From positions 224,001 to 288,000 of the forward strand of contig CBDCGL010000011.1 in NCBI GenBank assembly GCA_965216755.1: a DNA stretch of 64,000 nucleotides, read 5' to 3'. Below the pieces are notes generated by a model, which ran no database searches, was not told the DNA's origin, and saw nothing but the letters and a program-made list of their open reading frames with translations. Shown piece by piece: positions 26,504 through 37,309 of the stretch (within the stretch, counting starts at the first letter, position 1; every line of letters begins with the position of its first letter). This DNA is from Alphaproteobacteria bacterium (lineage in GTDB: Bacteria > Pseudomonadota > Alphaproteobacteria > UBA7887). The translations under genes were made by a program, and so were the position numbers.

Positions 26504-27504
26504 CAATTGAAATCAAGACGCTGAGCCTGGAACCTCGGCGTCAGACTTATTCGCATATTGCACGCCGCTTTGGCAGCGACCGCCCGGCGTCGCGCTACGA
26601 AGAAGGTGTGCTCGATGTCCAGGCCACCGACCATTTTCACTATCGGCCCTTGTGGGCGCCGGAGTATGAGATTTTCGACGCACGCCGTACCGCGATCGAG
26701 ATGGCGGACTGGTACGAATTGCGCGATCCGCGCCAGCTGTATTACGCCACCTACTGCATTGCGCGTTCCGGACTCAACCAAGTCACTGAACAGAATTTCG
26801 CGTTTATCGAAAAACGCGACATGCTTGCCAGTATTGACAGCACTTGGTTGTCAACGGCCCAGGAATACCTCGTGCCGCTCCGCCACTACGAGTGGGGCGC
26901 GAACATGAACAGCAGCTTGATCGCCGATTGGGGATACGGCACTGCGCTTACGGCGGCGGCGATTTTCAGCGCCGGCGACCGTTTGGGCATGGCACAGATC
27001 CTGGGTCGTGTCGGTTTGGCCATCGACGGCAACAGCGGAACCTCACTCGACCAAGCGAAAGAAGCCTGGCTCACGGGCGCGCAGTGGCAGAAGCTGCGCC
27101 AATTGGTCGAAGACAGTTTCGTGGTGCAGGATTGGTTCGAGACGTTCGTTGCACAAAACCTGGCGATGGATGGCATCGTCCACCCGCTCGTCTTTGGCGT
27201 GTTTGACCGCACCGGGCAGGCTCATGGCGGAGCCGCCTTGTCGATGGTTTGCGAATTCATGCCGACCTGGTACGCCGACCAGTCGCGATGGGTCGATGCC
27301 GTTATCAAGCGCGCAGCCGCGGAATCGGCAGATAACAAATCCGCTTTGGAAAGCTGGTTGCAAACCTGGAGCGAACGCGCGATCGAGGCCGCGCAGCCGT
27401 TGGCACGACACGTGCTCGGCCAAGCCGGCGACGATGCAGTCTTTGGCCTTCGCGCCGATCTCAATGCCCGTGCCCAAAAACTGGGCTTGGATATCGGCTC
27501 GTAA
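26500..27504 (+). CDS. dmpL: Phenol hydroxylase beta subunit P1
   Basis: Motifs MTIEIKT, RRFG.DRPASRYEEG, FHYRPLW and DPRQLYY. Confidence 0.93.
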   Translation: MTIEIKTLSLEPRRQTYSHIARRFGSDRPASRYEEGVLDVQATDHFHYRPLWAPEYEIFDARRTAIEMADWYELRDPRQLYYATYCIARSGLNQVTEQNFAFIEKRDMLASIDSTWLSTAQEYLVPLRHYEWGANMNSSLIADWGYGTALTAAAIFSAGDRLGMAQILGRVGLAIDGNSGTSLDQAKEAWLTGAQWQKLRQLVEDSFVVQDWFETFVAQNLAMDGIVHPLVFGVFDRTGQAHGGAALSMVCEFMPTWYADQSRWVDAVIKRAAAESADNKSALESWLQTWSERAIEAAQPLARHVLGQAGDDAVFGLRADLNARAQKLGLDIGS

Positions 27505-27510
27505 AGGAGA

Positions 27511-27786
27511 GTGACGATGGCACGCAATGTATCCATTACGCTGCAAAACACGTCGGATGCCAGGCCAATTATCGAGGCCATCACGGAAGATAACCCGACG
27601 GCGGAAGTCAACAATTTTCCGGCGATGGTCAAGATCGACTGTCCGGCACGATTGGTGGTCCGGCGCGACAGCGTTGAGAACAAGATTGGTCGAGAATGGG
27701 ACCTGCAGGAGTTGCATCTCAGCCTGATCTCGCTGGCTGGCAATATCGACGAGGACGACGACGAGTTCGTCCTTGCTTGGAACTAG
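27511..27786 (+). CDS. dmpM: Phenol hydroxylase regulatory subunit P2
   Basis: Motifs IIEAI..DNP, PAMVKID and LISLAGNIDEDDD; start may be 27517. Confidence 0.92.
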   Translation: MTMARNVSITLQNTSDARPIIEAITEDNPTAEVNNFPAMVKIDCPARLVVRRDSVENKIGREWDLQELHLSLISLAGNIDEDDDEFVLAWN

Positions 27787-27801
27787 AGAAGGAGAGGCGC
27801 A

Positions 27802-29319
27802 ATGAGCACTCCTAAGAAACTGGGCCTCAAAAAGCGTTACGCGCTGATGACACGCGGCCTCGGTTGGGACACCACCTATCAACCGATGGATAAGGTGTTT
27901 CCCTACGACAAATTCGAAGGCATCAAGATCCATGATTGGGAGGCCTGGGAAGATCCGTTCCGGCTGACCATGGACGCATATTGGAAGTTCCAAGCCGAAA
28001 AGGAACGCAAGCTATACGCGGTAATCGACAGCTTTGCCCAGAACAACGGCCAGCTCGGGCTGACCGATGCCCGATACATCAACGCGGTCAAGCTATTCAT
28101 CACGGGCGTATCGCCATTGGAATACCAGGCGCATCGGCACTTCGCCCATATCGGGCGGCATCTCCGAGGTGTCGGGCCACGGATCGCGGGCCAAATGCAA
28201 TCGCTTGATGAATTGCGACATGCCCAAACGCAGATCCACACAATAAGTCACTACAACAAGTATTTCGACGGGATGCATGATTTCCGCCATATGCATGACC
28301 GCGTTTGGTACCTGTCGGTGCCAAAGTCGTTCTTTGACGATGCGGTCACCGCGGGCCCGTTTGAATTCATGACCTCGATTTCGTTTGCGTTCGAATATGT
28401 GCTGACCAACTTACTGTTTGTGCCGTTCATGTCCGGCGCGGCCTATAATGGTGACCTGGCCACCGTAACATTTGGTTTTTCGGCACAGTCCGATGAATCG
28501 CGCCACATGACGCTTGGTCTTGAGGTGATCAAGTTCATGCTTGAGCAGGACGAGGGCAATGTGCCGATCGTCCAGCGTTGGATCGACAAGTGGTTCTGGC
28601 GCGGCTACCGCCTGTTGTCGCTGGTCGGCATGATGATGGACTACATGCTGCCAAAGAAGATCATGTCTTGGTCAGAGGCCTGGGAGATGTATTTCGAGGA
28701 AGCCGGCGGCGCCCTGTTCGAAGATTTGGCACGCTATGGCATCCGTCCGCCGAAATATGCTGATGTGGCAAACAAAGAGAAATCTCGCATCTCGCATGAA
28801 GTCTGGGCAATCTTCTATCAATACACCCATGCAGCCGCGTTCCACACGTGGGACATCGATGACGAGCACAAGAATTGGCTGTCGGAGAAGTATCCGGAAA
28901 CGTTTGATCGCCACTATCGACCACGGCTCGACATGTGGGCGGATATGTCCAAACAGGGTCAACGTTACTACAACAACGCACTACCGCAATTGTGCACGAC
29001 CTGTCAGATCCCGATGGGCTTTACCGAACCCGACGATCCAACCACGATCTGCTTCCGGTCCAGCGAGTATAACGGTGACCGTTATCATTTCTGCTCGGAT
29101 GGCTGCAAGGACATATTCGACAATGAGCCGGAAAAATATGTCCAGTCTTGGTTGCCGGTGCATCAAATATTTCAAGGTAATTGTGGCGGTGCCGAGATCG
29201 GTGACGTCCTGAATTGGTACCACCTGAATCTTGGTACGGACAACATGGCCTACGAGGGTTCGCCGGAGCAAGAAATGTGGTCCCGGTGGGTCCGCGATCG
29301 GCAGAAGGTGGCCAGCTAA
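27802..29319 (+). CDS. dmpN: Phenol hydroxylase diiron alpha subunit P3
   Basis: WEDPFRLTMDAYW; two EXXH motifs (DELRH, DESRH); YHS-like FCSDGCK. Confidence 0.96.
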   Translation: MSTPKKLGLKKRYALMTRGLGWDTTYQPMDKVFPYDKFEGIKIHDWEAWEDPFRLTMDAYWKFQAEKERKLYAVIDSFAQNNGQLGLTDARYINAVKLFITGVSPLEYQAHRHFAHIGRHLRGVGPRIAGQMQSLDELRHAQTQIHTISHYNKYFDGMHDFRHMHDRVWYLSVPKSFFDDAVTAGPFEFMTSISFAFEYVLTNLLFVPFMSGAAYNGDLATVTFGFSAQSDESRHMTLGLEVIKFMLEQDEGNVPIVQRWIDKWFWRGYRLLSLVGMMMDYMLPKKIMSWSEAWEMYFEEAGGALFEDLARYGIRPPKYADVANKEKSRISHEVWAIFYQYTHAAAFHTWDIDDEHKNWLSEKYPETFDRHYRPRLDMWADMSKQGQRYYNNALPQLCTTCQIPMGFTEPDDPTTICFRSSEYNGDRYHFCSDGCKDIFDNEPEKYVQSWLPVHQIFQGNCGGAEIGDVLNWYHLNLGTDNMAYEGSPEQEMWSRWVRDRQKVAS

Positions 29320-29334
29320 CGGCATTGAATAATC

Positions 29335-29363
29335 GGGCGGCGCAAGTGACGTTCGCGCCGCCC
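29335..29363 (+). other. Intercistronic hairpin after dmpN
   Basis: GGGCGGCGC-N11-GCGCCGCCC. Confidence 0.5.
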
Positions 29364-29385
29364 CGGATCACCAGGGAGGGTCGAT

Positions 29386-29748
29386 ATGGCCGTCGTTGCA
29401 CTTCAAGAAAACTACAAGGGTGAAGTCCGAGACAGAATTGAGAACTTCCACGGGAATCAACTCGTCTATTTCCATTGGGAAGATCACCTTATGTTTTGCG
29501 CTGCCCTGGCATTTCCATTTCCACCCGATATGCCATTTGGCGCAGTGACTGGTGAGGTTTTGCCAACATTCTACGGACTGCATCCGGATTGGGACAACGT
29601 GGATTGGGCGATCGTCCGCTGGACTGTGGACGGCGCGCCCTTCACGCCGGATCCTAAGAAGAGCCTCAAAGATAACGGGATTTCGCACAAATCACTGCTG
29701 CGGTTTTGGACGCCTGGTTTAGAGGGCTACCAAGGCAGCAAGAGTTAG
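29386..29748 (+). CDS. dmpO: Phenol hydroxylase gamma subunit P4
   Basis: Motifs ENFHGNQL, WEDHLMFCA, PDMPFG and HKSLLRF.TPGL.G. Confidence 0.93.
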   Translation: MAVVALQENYKGEVRDRIENFHGNQLVYFHWEDHLMFCAALAFPFPPDMPFGAVTGEVLPTFYGLHPDWDNVDWAIVRWTVDGAPFTPDPKKSLKDNGISHKSLLRFWTPGLEGYQGSKS

Positions 29749-29780
29749 CGGCCCATACCGGCCATCGCGATGACTGAGGT

Positions 29781-30848
29781 GTGGCAATGCATAGTCTGAC
29801 AATAGAGCCAATTGGCGAGACGGTCGATGTTGCCGATGGTCAGAGCATTCTCGATGCCTGCTTGCGTGCGGGTGTGTGGCTGCCGCACGCGTGTTGCCAC
29901 GGACTTTGTGGCACGTGCAAGGTCGAGATATTGGACGGCGAGGTTGACCATCGCGATGCGTCGTCCTTTGCATTGATGGATTTCGAGCGCGACGAAGGCA
30001 AAACATTGGCGTGCTGCGGGACATTGGCGTCTGATGCTACGATTGAGGCTGAAATAGACGAGGATCCCGACGCCCAGTATTTTTCGGTACGGGATCATAG
30101 CGCCGCCGTCATTGCCTACGAAGACGTGACACCGGATGTGCGCGTGATACGATTACGGGTTGATGGCGACGGCGTGGCGTTTCAACCGGGGCAGTACATA
30201 AACCTTGAAGTCCCGGGTACCGACAAGCCGCGCGCATTTTCGATGGCGCAATCGCCTGGCGAACAAAACCGTATCGAGCTACATATCCGGCGTGTTGAAG
30301 GGGGCCAAGCCACGGGCTGGTTGCACAGCCACATTCAACTGGGGCAGAAGCTGTCTTTCTCAGGGCCGTATGGGCGCTTCTTCGTACGCAAATCCAAGGA
30401 GAAGCCGCTGTTGTTTCTCGCCGGCGGTTCAGGTCTGTCGTCACCAAAGTCCATGATACTGGATCTTCTCGAACAGGGCTGCACACAACCGATCACGCTG
30501 ATCCACGGCGTGCGGGGCCGGAAAGATCTTTATTGTGGGGCGTTGTTTGAGCGTTTGGCCCGAGAGCATGACAATCTTCGTTATGTGGCGGCGCTGTCTG
30601 CCCCGGATCCGAGCGACGACTGGTCCGGGGAGACCGGTTTTGTGCATGACGTTGCCGCCCGGCTCTTTGATGGCAAGTTCGCCGGCAGCGTCGCTTATCT
30701 ATGTGGCCCACCGCCGATGATCGAAGCGTGTATTCGCACATTGATGAAAGGTCGGCTTTTTGAGCGTGACATCTTCACAGAGAAGTTTGTCACCCTTGGC
30801 GACGGCGACGCGGCATTGGCACGCAGTCCGCTATTCAAACGCATATGA
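29781..30848 (+). CDS. dmpP: Phenol hydroxylase NADH reductase P5
   Basis: 2Fe-2S motif ACCHGLCGTCK; RAFS, AGGSGLSSPKSM, CGPPPM and C-terminal RSPLFKRI. Confidence 0.94.
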   Translation: MAMHSLTIEPIGETVDVADGQSILDACLRAGVWLPHACCHGLCGTCKVEILDGEVDHRDASSFALMDFERDEGKTLACCGTLASDATIEAEIDEDPDAQYFSVRDHSAAVIAYEDVTPDVRVIRLRVDGDGVAFQPGQYINLEVPGTDKPRAFSMAQSPGEQNRIELHIRRVEGGQATGWLHSHIQLGQKLSFSGPYGRFFVRKSKEKPLLFLAGGSGLSSPKSMILDLLEQGCTQPITLIHGVRGRKDLYCGALFERLAREHDNLRYVAALSAPDPSDDWSGETGFVHDVAARLFDGKFAGSVAYLCGPPPMIEACIRTLMKGRLFERDIFTEKFVTLGDGDAALARSPLFKRI

Positions 30849-30858
30849 GCGCCGCGCG

Positions 30859-31200
30859 ATGACGGAAGTGGCATACATTATAACCATTGCAGGGCAAGAC
30901 GGGGCATTTGCCTGTCCAACCACCGAGCGTGTTCTTCTGGCCATGGAGCGAAGTGGCCGCAAGATGATCCCGGTTGGCTGCCGAGGTGGTGGCTGCGGAT
31001 TTTGCAAAGTGCGCGTGTTGGGTGGGCGTTATCACACGGGCCGCATGAGCAGTGCGCATATCAGTGAATCTGAGCAAGCTACAGGATATGCCCTGGCTTG
31101 TCGTATCTACCCGGAAAGCGATCTGTTGTTGCAGGTTATCGGGCCTAAACCAAGACAGGGCTGGCGGGTGCGCAATGCAGCGGCCAATGCCGCCCCATGA
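30859..31200 (+). CDS. dmpQ: XylT-type 2Fe-2S ferredoxin
   Basis: PVGCRGGGCGFCKV...MS..H...LACR; directly upstream of the catechol 2,3-dioxygenase. Confidence 0.9.
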   Translation: MTEVAYIITIAGQDGAFACPTTERVLLAMERSGRKMIPVGCRGGGCGFCKVRVLGGRYHTGRMSSAHISESEQATGYALACRIYPESDLLLQVIGPKPRQGWRVRNAAANAAP

Positions 31201-31224
31201 CATTGATGGAAGGAGCGCAGTGAA

Positions 31225-32145
31225 ATGGCAATTACCGGAGTCCTACGGCCTGGGTTCGTACAAATTCGCGTCCTCGATATGGAAGAGGCCAAGAATCATT
31301 ACTGCCAGATTATGGGTCTTAAGGAGGTGAGCACGGGGGCCGACGGTCGCGTCTATCTTCGCGCGTCGGATGAATTCGATCGGCACAGCATCGTTCTCCG
31401 CGAGGCCGATGCGGCCGGTATGGATGTCATGGCATTCAAGGTTGCGCGAGATGCGGACCTCGACGATTTTTCGGCGCGCATTCGTGATTGGGGTGTCAGT
31501 GTCGATCAAGTGGAAGCCGGCGAACAACCTGGCGTCGGGCGGCGAATCGGTTTTGCAATTCCGAGCGGGCACCGCATCGAGCTTTATGCATCTATGGAAC
31601 AATCGCCAAATTGCCCACAAACGACCAATCCAGAAGTTTGGCAAGACCCGCCCGCCGGTATGAAGATCAACCGCTTCGACCACTGCCTCCTCTACGGACC
31701 AAATATTCCCGAAGTCACACGCTTTTTCGAAGAGGCGTTGGACTTTGCCTTGGCTGAGAAAGTCGACACGCCGGATGGCACGATCGCGGTTTGGCTCACA
31801 TGCTCAAACAAGGCGCATGACGTAGCGTTCGTCAATCATGAGGAACCAAATAAATTCCACCACGCCGCATTCATGCTGGAAGATTGGAACGACATCGGCT
31901 ATGCCGCGGACATCATGGCGCGCTACGACGTGTCGATCGACATCGGCCCGACCAGGCATGGCATCACGCGCGGTCAGACGATCTACTATTTCGATCCGTC
32001 CGGCAATCGCAACGAAGTGTTCGCTGGCGGCTATTTCTACTATCCGGACAACCCGACCCGGACTTGGACCGCCGACAAACTCGGCAAGGGCATTTTCTAT
32101 TATGAGCGTGAGCTCAACGACCGATTTCTGGGCGTCGTAACATAG
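31225..32145 (+). CDS. dmpB: Catechol 2,3-dioxygenase
   Basis: Motifs GVLRPG, FDHCLLYG, KFHHAAF and GPTRHGITRGQTIYYFDPSGNRNE. Confidence 0.95.
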   Translation: MAITGVLRPGFVQIRVLDMEEAKNHYCQIMGLKEVSTGADGRVYLRASDEFDRHSIVLREADAAGMDVMAFKVARDADLDDFSARIRDWGVSVDQVEAGEQPGVGRRIGFAIPSGHRIELYASMEQSPNCPQTTNPEVWQDPPAGMKINRFDHCLLYGPNIPEVTRFFEEALDFALAEKVDTPDGTIAVWLTCSNKAHDVAFVNHEEPNKFHHAAFMLEDWNDIGYAADIMARYDVSIDIGPTRHGITRGQTIYYFDPSGNRNEVFAGGYFYYPDNPTRTWTADKLGKGIFYYERELNDRFLGVVT

Positions 32146-32164
32146 CTTGCTCAACGGTTTTTCG

Positions 32165-32204
32165 GGGGCGGTGAACCTGCAAAGCAGGGCAACCGCCCCT
32201 TTAT
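32165..32204 (+). terminator. Hairpin / possible intrinsic terminator or attenuator after dmpB
   Basis: GGGGCGGT...CCTGC-AAA-GCAGG...ACCGCCCC followed by TTTAT. Confidence 0.5.
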
Positions 32205-32260
32205 AGACGCAATGTTCGGTGGCCGACTCGCCTAGCGATCGCCGAAGAGGATGATGTGTG

Positions 32261-33757
32261 ATGTCTGAATTAGCGACGGCTGATTTGGCCGAGGAATCGC
32301 TTGGCCGTGTCTCAAATTTCATAAACGGCGCGTATTCATCAGCGCCGGGTCGTTCGTTCAAAAATGTGAGTCCGGTAGACGGACGCACGGTTTCCTTGGT
32401 CGAAGAAGCGTCGGCGGCCGACGTTGATCGTGCGGTCGAAGCGGCGCGCGCGGCATTGTCGGGGGACTGGGCACATCTGTCGGTTGCGAATAGATCGCAG
32501 CTTCTGCATCGTGTCGCAGAAGAAATCGAACGACGCTTTGACGCGTTTCTGGAAGCCGAGATTGCGGATACAGGAAAACCGCGCAGCTTGGCCGCGACGA
32601 TCGACATTCCGCGCGGTGCCGCCAACTTCAAAGTGTTTGCCGACATGGTCAAGAACGTGCCGTCGGAAACGTTCGAGATGGCAACCCCAGATGGCCGTGG
32701 CGCGTTGAACTACGCCGTCCGGGTTCCCAAAGGTGTCATCGGCGTCATATGCCCATGGAACCTGCCGCTACTGCTCATGACGTGGAAGGTGGGGCCGGCG
32801 CTGGCTTGCGGCAATACCGTTGTTGTTAAGCCGTCAGAGGAGACGCCGTCCACGGCAACATTGCTCGGTGAAGTCATGAACAGCGTCGGCGTTCCGCGCG
32901 GCGTCTACAATGTCATCCATGGATTTGGGCCGAATTCGGCCGGTGAGTTCCTGACCCGACATCCTGGCGTTGACGCAATAACGTTCACAGGTGAGACGCG
33001 GACCGGCGAGGCAATTATGGCCGCGGCGGCAAAAGGGGTCCGCGACGTGTCGTTTGAGCTGGGTGGCAAGAACGCGGCGATCGCTTTTGCGGACTGCGAT
33101 CTCGACGCGGCGTTGGAGGGGACGGCCCGATCGGCGTTCGCCAATTGCGGGCAGGTTTGCCTCGGCACGGAGCGCGTCTATGTTGAACGACCGCTCTTTG
33201 AGAAGTTTGTCGCCGGCTTAGCCGATCGGGCACGCGCGTTGAAGCCCGGTGCGCCATTCGACTCGGATACGAACCTTGGTCCCCTCATCAGCCGAGAGCA
33301 TAGAGACAAAGTTCTGTGCTATTACGAAAGAGCGGTACGCGATGGCGCGACCGTCGTAACCGGTGGCGGCACCCCGCAAATGCCTCCCAATTTGGTGCAT
33401 GGGGCCTGGGTCGAACCGACCATTTGGACCGGCCTGCCAGACGATTCACCGGTCATTCGAGAAGAGATATTTGGGCCTTGCTGCCATATCCGGCCATTCG
33501 ATACCGAACAAGAAGCGATCGATTTGGCGAACGATACGCCGTATGGTTTGGCATCGGCAATTTGGACTGGCAATCTTGGCCGTGGGCACCGTGTGGCGCG
33601 TCAGGTCCATGTTGGGATCACGTGGGTGAACAGTTGGTTCTTGCGTGACTTGCGTACGCCGTTTGGTGGCGCCAAGCAGTCGGGCATCGGCCGAGAGGGC
33701 GGCGTTCACTCTTTGGAGTTCTATACCGAATTGCGCAATGTCTGCGTGAAGCTTTGA
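32261..33757 (+). CDS. dmpC: 2-hydroxymuconic semialdehyde dehydrogenase
   Basis: Motifs PWNLPLLLMTWK, FTGETRTG, FELGGKN, GQVCL and WFLRDLRTPFGG. Confidence 0.95.
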   Translation: MSELATADLAEESLGRVSNFINGAYSSAPGRSFKNVSPVDGRTVSLVEEASAADVDRAVEAARAALSGDWAHLSVANRSQLLHRVAEEIERRFDAFLEAEIADTGKPRSLAATIDIPRGAANFKVFADMVKNVPSETFEMATPDGRGALNYAVRVPKGVIGVICPWNLPLLLMTWKVGPALACGNTVVVKPSEETPSTATLLGEVMNSVGVPRGVYNVIHGFGPNSAGEFLTRHPGVDAITFTGETRTGEAIMAAAAKGVRDVSFELGGKNAAIAFADCDLDAALEGTARSAFANCGQVCLGTERVYVERPLFEKFVAGLADRARALKPGAPFDSDTNLGPLISREHRDKVLCYYERAVRDGATVVTGGGTPQMPPNLVHGAWVEPTIWTGLPDDSPVIREEIFGPCCHIRPFDTEQEAIDLANDTPYGLASAIWTGNLGRGHRVARQVHVGITWVNSWFLRDLRTPFGGAKQSGIGREGGVHSLEFYTELRNVCVKL

Positions 33758-33767
33758 GGCAAACCGA

Positions 33768-34562
33768 ATGGCAATTGATTCGTCAAAAGTTGAAATAGCT
33801 GCGCGCCAGCTGCGCGTCGCCGCGGAACAGGGCGAGCCCTGCGATCCGGTTCGGGCGTTGATCGGCGATGACAATCTTGGCGCCGCGTACGCCGTTCAAG
33901 ATTTGAACACGGCCGCCGCGATCGAGAACGGGCGGCGCCTGGTCGGGCGCAAGATCGGGCTGACGGCCAAGGTCGTGCAGGCACAGTTCAACGTCGACAG
34001 CCCCGACTACGGCATGTTGTTTGCCGATATGGATGTGCCGGAGGGCGAGGAAATTCCGTGGCGAGGATTGATGCAACCCAAGGCGGAAGCAGAGATCGCT
34101 TTTGTCCTCGGTGCCGACCTCGACCAGGAACAGCTCACAAGCGCGGATGCCATGAACGCAATTGCGTATGCGGTCGCCGCGATCGAAATCGTCGACAGTC
34201 GGATCAAGGATTGGCAGATCGGGATCACCGATACCGTTGCCGACAACGCGTCCGCCGGCCTCTTCGTACTGGGCAATCAGCCCCGGAAGCTGGGCGAGTT
34301 CGATCCCAGATTGTGCGGCATGGTTATGGAATGTCGCGGCGAACCGATTTCGGTCGGTGCAGGTGTTGCCTGTTTGGGGAGCCCGATTAGTTCCGCACTT
34401 TGGCTTGCCAAGATGATGGCCAAGGTGGGGCGCCCGCTAGCCGCGGGTGATATCATCTTGTCGGGCGCACTCGGACCGATGGCGCCGATCTCGCCTGGCG
34501 ATGTCATTGAGACGCGCATCTCCGGTCTTGGCTCGGTACGTGCCGCATTTTCCTGGGATTAA
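33768..34562 (+). CDS. dmpE: 2-oxopent-4-enoate hydratase
   Basis: Motifs [29 protein letters not shown] and SGALGPM. Confidence 0.9.
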   Translation: MAIDSSKVEIAARQLRVAAEQGEPCDPVRALIGDDNLGAAYAVQDLNTAAAIENGRRLVGRKIGLTAKVVQAQFNVDSPDYGMLFADMDVPEGEEIPWRGLMQPKAEAEIAFVLGADLDQEQLTSADAMNAIAYAVAAIEIVDSRIKDWQIGITDTVADNASAGLFVLGNQPRKLGEFDPRLCGMVMECRGEPISVGAGVACLGSPISSALWLAKMMAKVGRPLAAGDIILSGALGPMAPISPGDVIETRISGLGSVRAAFSWD

Positions 34563-34566
34563 GGCT

Positions 34567-35505
34567 ATGAAGACAAAAGTTGCTATCATCGGCTCCGGAA
34601 ATATCGGCACCGATCTGATGATCAAGATATTGCGCACGTCAAATACGCTAGACGTGGCCGCCATGGTCGGGATTGATCCGCAGTCCGATGGGTTGGCGCG
34701 CGCCGCCCGCATGGGTGTCGCCACCACTGACAAAGGCGTCGACGGCCTTCTCGCCATGCCGGTGTTTCACGACGTGCGCATCGTGTTCGACGCGACATCG
34801 GCGCGCGCCCACGCGCGACACAGTGAAGTTTGCCTTAACCATGGCAAGCAGATGATCGATTTGACGCCGGCGGCGATCGGCCCCTATGTCGTACCCGTGG
34901 TCAATATGACCGCACATTTCGACAAACCCAATCTCAATATGGTTACATGCGGTGGCCAAGCAACTATTCCTATGGTTGCGGCGGTGCGTCGGGTTGCCAC
35001 ACGCGTCCCCTATGCTGAGATCGTGGCGTCGATTTCATCACGCTCTGCCGGCCCAGGTACGCGGGCCAACATTGACGAATTCACGCAAACCACGGCCCGC
35101 GGCATCGAGACCGTGGGTGGCGCTGAACGCGGCAAGGCAATCATTGTTCTCAATCCGGCCGAGCCGCCGATGATTATGCGCGACAGCGTATTCGTTTTGA
35201 GTGAGGGCGCCGAACCGGAACAGATCGACGAGTCAATTGCCGCGATGGTCGAAGACGTCCAGGCCTATGTGCCAGGATACCGACTCAAACAGGATGTTCA
35301 GTTCGAGCGTATTGGCAACAACCAGCCGATCCGTATTCCAGACTTCGGCGAGTTTTCTGGCTTGAAAGCGTCAGTTTTTCTTGAGGTTGAAGGCGCGGGT
35401 CATTATCTGCCTAACTATGCTGGAAATCTCGATATCATGACGTCGGCGGCCCTGAAGACCGCTGAGAATTTCGTCGCCATGCATTTGGCTGGAGAAGCCG
35501 CATGA
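34567..35505 (+). CDS. dmpF: Acetaldehyde dehydrogenase (acylating)
   Basis: Motifs [34 protein letters not shown] and YAGNLDIMT. Confidence 0.95.
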   Translation: MKTKVAIIGSGNIGTDLMIKILRTSNTLDVAAMVGIDPQSDGLARAARMGVATTDKGVDGLLAMPVFHDVRIVFDATSARAHARHSEVCLNHGKQMIDLTPAAIGPYVVPVVNMTAHFDKPNLNMVTCGGQATIPMVAAVRRVATRVPYAEIVASISSRSAGPGTRANIDEFTQTTARGIETVGGAERGKAIIVLNPAEPPMIMRDSVFVLSEGAEPEQIDESIAAMVEDVQAYVPGYRLKQDVQFERIGNNQPIRIPDFGEFSGLKASVFLEVEGAGHYLPNYAGNLDIMTSAALKTAENFVAMHLAGEAA

Positions 35506-36542
35506 CAAATTCCAATCGGCCCGGGCGAAAGCTCTATATCCAAGATGTCACCTTGCGCGATGGTATGCACGCGATCCGCCACCAATACGGCATTGATCAC
35601 GTCCGGGCGATCGCGCGTGCGCTAGACGATGCAAGAGTCGACAGCACGGAAGTTGCGCATGGCGATGGACTTTCCGGATCAAGTTTCAACTATGGGTTTG
35701 GCGCCCATACGGATTGGGAATGGATCGAGGCGGTTGCCGATGAATTGAGTTACACGAAGCTCGCGACATTGTTAATTCCGGGCATTGGGACCGTCGAGGA
35801 CTTGGACCGCGCTTATGGTCACGGCGTTCGCTCGGTTCGTGTGGCGACACATTGCACCGAAGCGGATATTTCGAAGCAGCATATCGAACACGCGCGTGAT
35901 CTCGGCATGGATGTCGCCGGGTTCTTGATGATGGCGCACATGATCCCCGGCAAAGAGCTCGCCAAGCAAGCCAAGCTCATGGAAACTTATGGCGCGCATT
36001 GCGTCTATGTCACCGATAGTGGCGGCGCTCTTTTGCTGGACGATGTTGCGGAACGTTTTGACGCCTACAACGATGTTCTCAAGCCCGAGACCGAACGGGG
36101 GATCCACGCCCACCACAATCTCAGTTTTGGTGTCGCAAACTCCGTGATCGCTGTTGAACATGGCGCCATTCGGGTTGACGCATCTTTGGCGGGAATGGGC
36201 GCTGGTGCGGGCAACGCGCCGTTAGAGGTCTTCATTGCAGTTGCTGAGCGCATGGGCTGGGATCACGGCTGCGATCTCTACAAGATCATGGATGCCGCCG
36301 ACGAACTGGTGCGACCGTTACAGGACCGCCCGGTCCGTGTAGATCGCGAGACCTTGGCGTTGGGCTATGCCGGCGTCTACTCCAGTTTCTTGCGCCACGC
36401 GGAACGGGCGTCTGAGATGTACGGCATCGATACGCGCGAAATTTTGGTGGAACTCGGCCGCCGGCGCATGGTCGGTGGGCAGGAGGATATGATCGTTGAC
36501 GTGGCGCTTGATCTCGTGAAGCAAAAAGAAGCCGTGGCATGA
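35502..36542 (+). CDS. dmpG: 4-hydroxy-2-oxovalerate aldolase
   Basis: Motifs [29 protein letters not shown] and VGGQEDMI. Confidence 0.95.
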   Translation: MTNSNRPGRKLYIQDVTLRDGMHAIRHQYGIDHVRAIARALDDARVDSTEVAHGDGLSGSSFNYGFGAHTDWEWIEAVADELSYTKLATLLIPGIGTVEDLDRAYGHGVRSVRVATHCTEADISKQHIEHARDLGMDVAGFLMMAHMIPGKELAKQAKLMETYGAHCVYVTDSGGALLLDDVAERFDAYNDVLKPETERGIHAHHNLSFGVANSVIAVEHGAIRVDASLAGMGAGAGNAPLEVFIAVAERMGWDHGCDLYKIMDAADELVRPLQDRPVRVDRETLALGYAGVYSSFLRHAERASEMYGIDTREILVELGRRRMVGGQEDMIVDVALDLVKQKEAVA

Positions 36543-37309
36543 CCGATCTGGCAAGACTAGCCGAACAAGTCGATGAGGCCGCCCGTGCGGCAACGGCGAT
36601 TCCGCAACTCACCCACAACACACCGCTTACGGGCGACGACGGCTACGCGATCCAGGCCTTGTCGATGGCGCGACGCTATGCCCGTGGCGAACGACGGATC
36701 GGTGTTAAGATGGGGTTGACCAGCCGCGCGAAGATGGTGCAAGTCGGCGTTGACGAAGCGGTGTGGGGGCGGCTGACCGATGCCATGCGCATTGACGATG
36801 GCGGACGTGTTTCGATGACAAGTTACGTCCACCCGCGCGTTGAACCAGAAGTCGCTTTTCTCATGAAACGGCCACTTGCCGGGAATGTGAGTGCGGCGGA
36901 AGCGATGGATGCGGTCGAGGCCATTGCGCCGGCAATGGAAATAATTGATTCCCGATACGAGAATTTCAAATTCACACTGGCGGATGTGGTTGCCGACAAT
37001 TCGTCGTCGTCGGGGTTTGTGGTCGGCAATTGGCGATCGCCCGATCTCGACATATCCAACCTGGGCATGGTCTTGGAATTCGATGGCCGACCGGTACAAA
37101 TTGGATCATCGGCGGCAATTTTGGGTCATCCTGTGCGATCTCTGGTGGCTGCCGCGCGGGCCGTGGCACGCTGGGGCGAGCAACTTGAAAAGGGATGGAT
37201 TGTTCTGGCGGGTGCCGCCACCGCGGCCCAGCCACTCGTGGCGGGCGTGTCGGTGCGCGCGGATGTGGAGAGCCTGGGTCGCGTCGCGTTTGATGTTTTG
37301 CCACAATGA
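36539..37309 (+). CDS. dmpH: 4-oxalocrotonate decarboxylase
   Basis: Motifs [29 protein letters not shown] and ADNSSS. Confidence 0.9.
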   Translation: MTDLARLAEQVDEAARAATAIPQLTHNTPLTGDDGYAIQALSMARRYARGERRIGVKMGLTSRAKMVQVGVDEAVWGRLTDAMRIDDGGRVSMTSYVHPRVEPEVAFLMKRPLAGNVSAAEAMDAVEAIAPAMEIIDSRYENFKFTLADVVADNSSSSGFVVGNWRSPDLDISNLGMVLEFDGRPVQIGSSAAILGHPVRSLVAAARAVARWGEQLEKGWIVLAGAATAAQPLVAGVSVRADVESLGRVAFDVLPQ

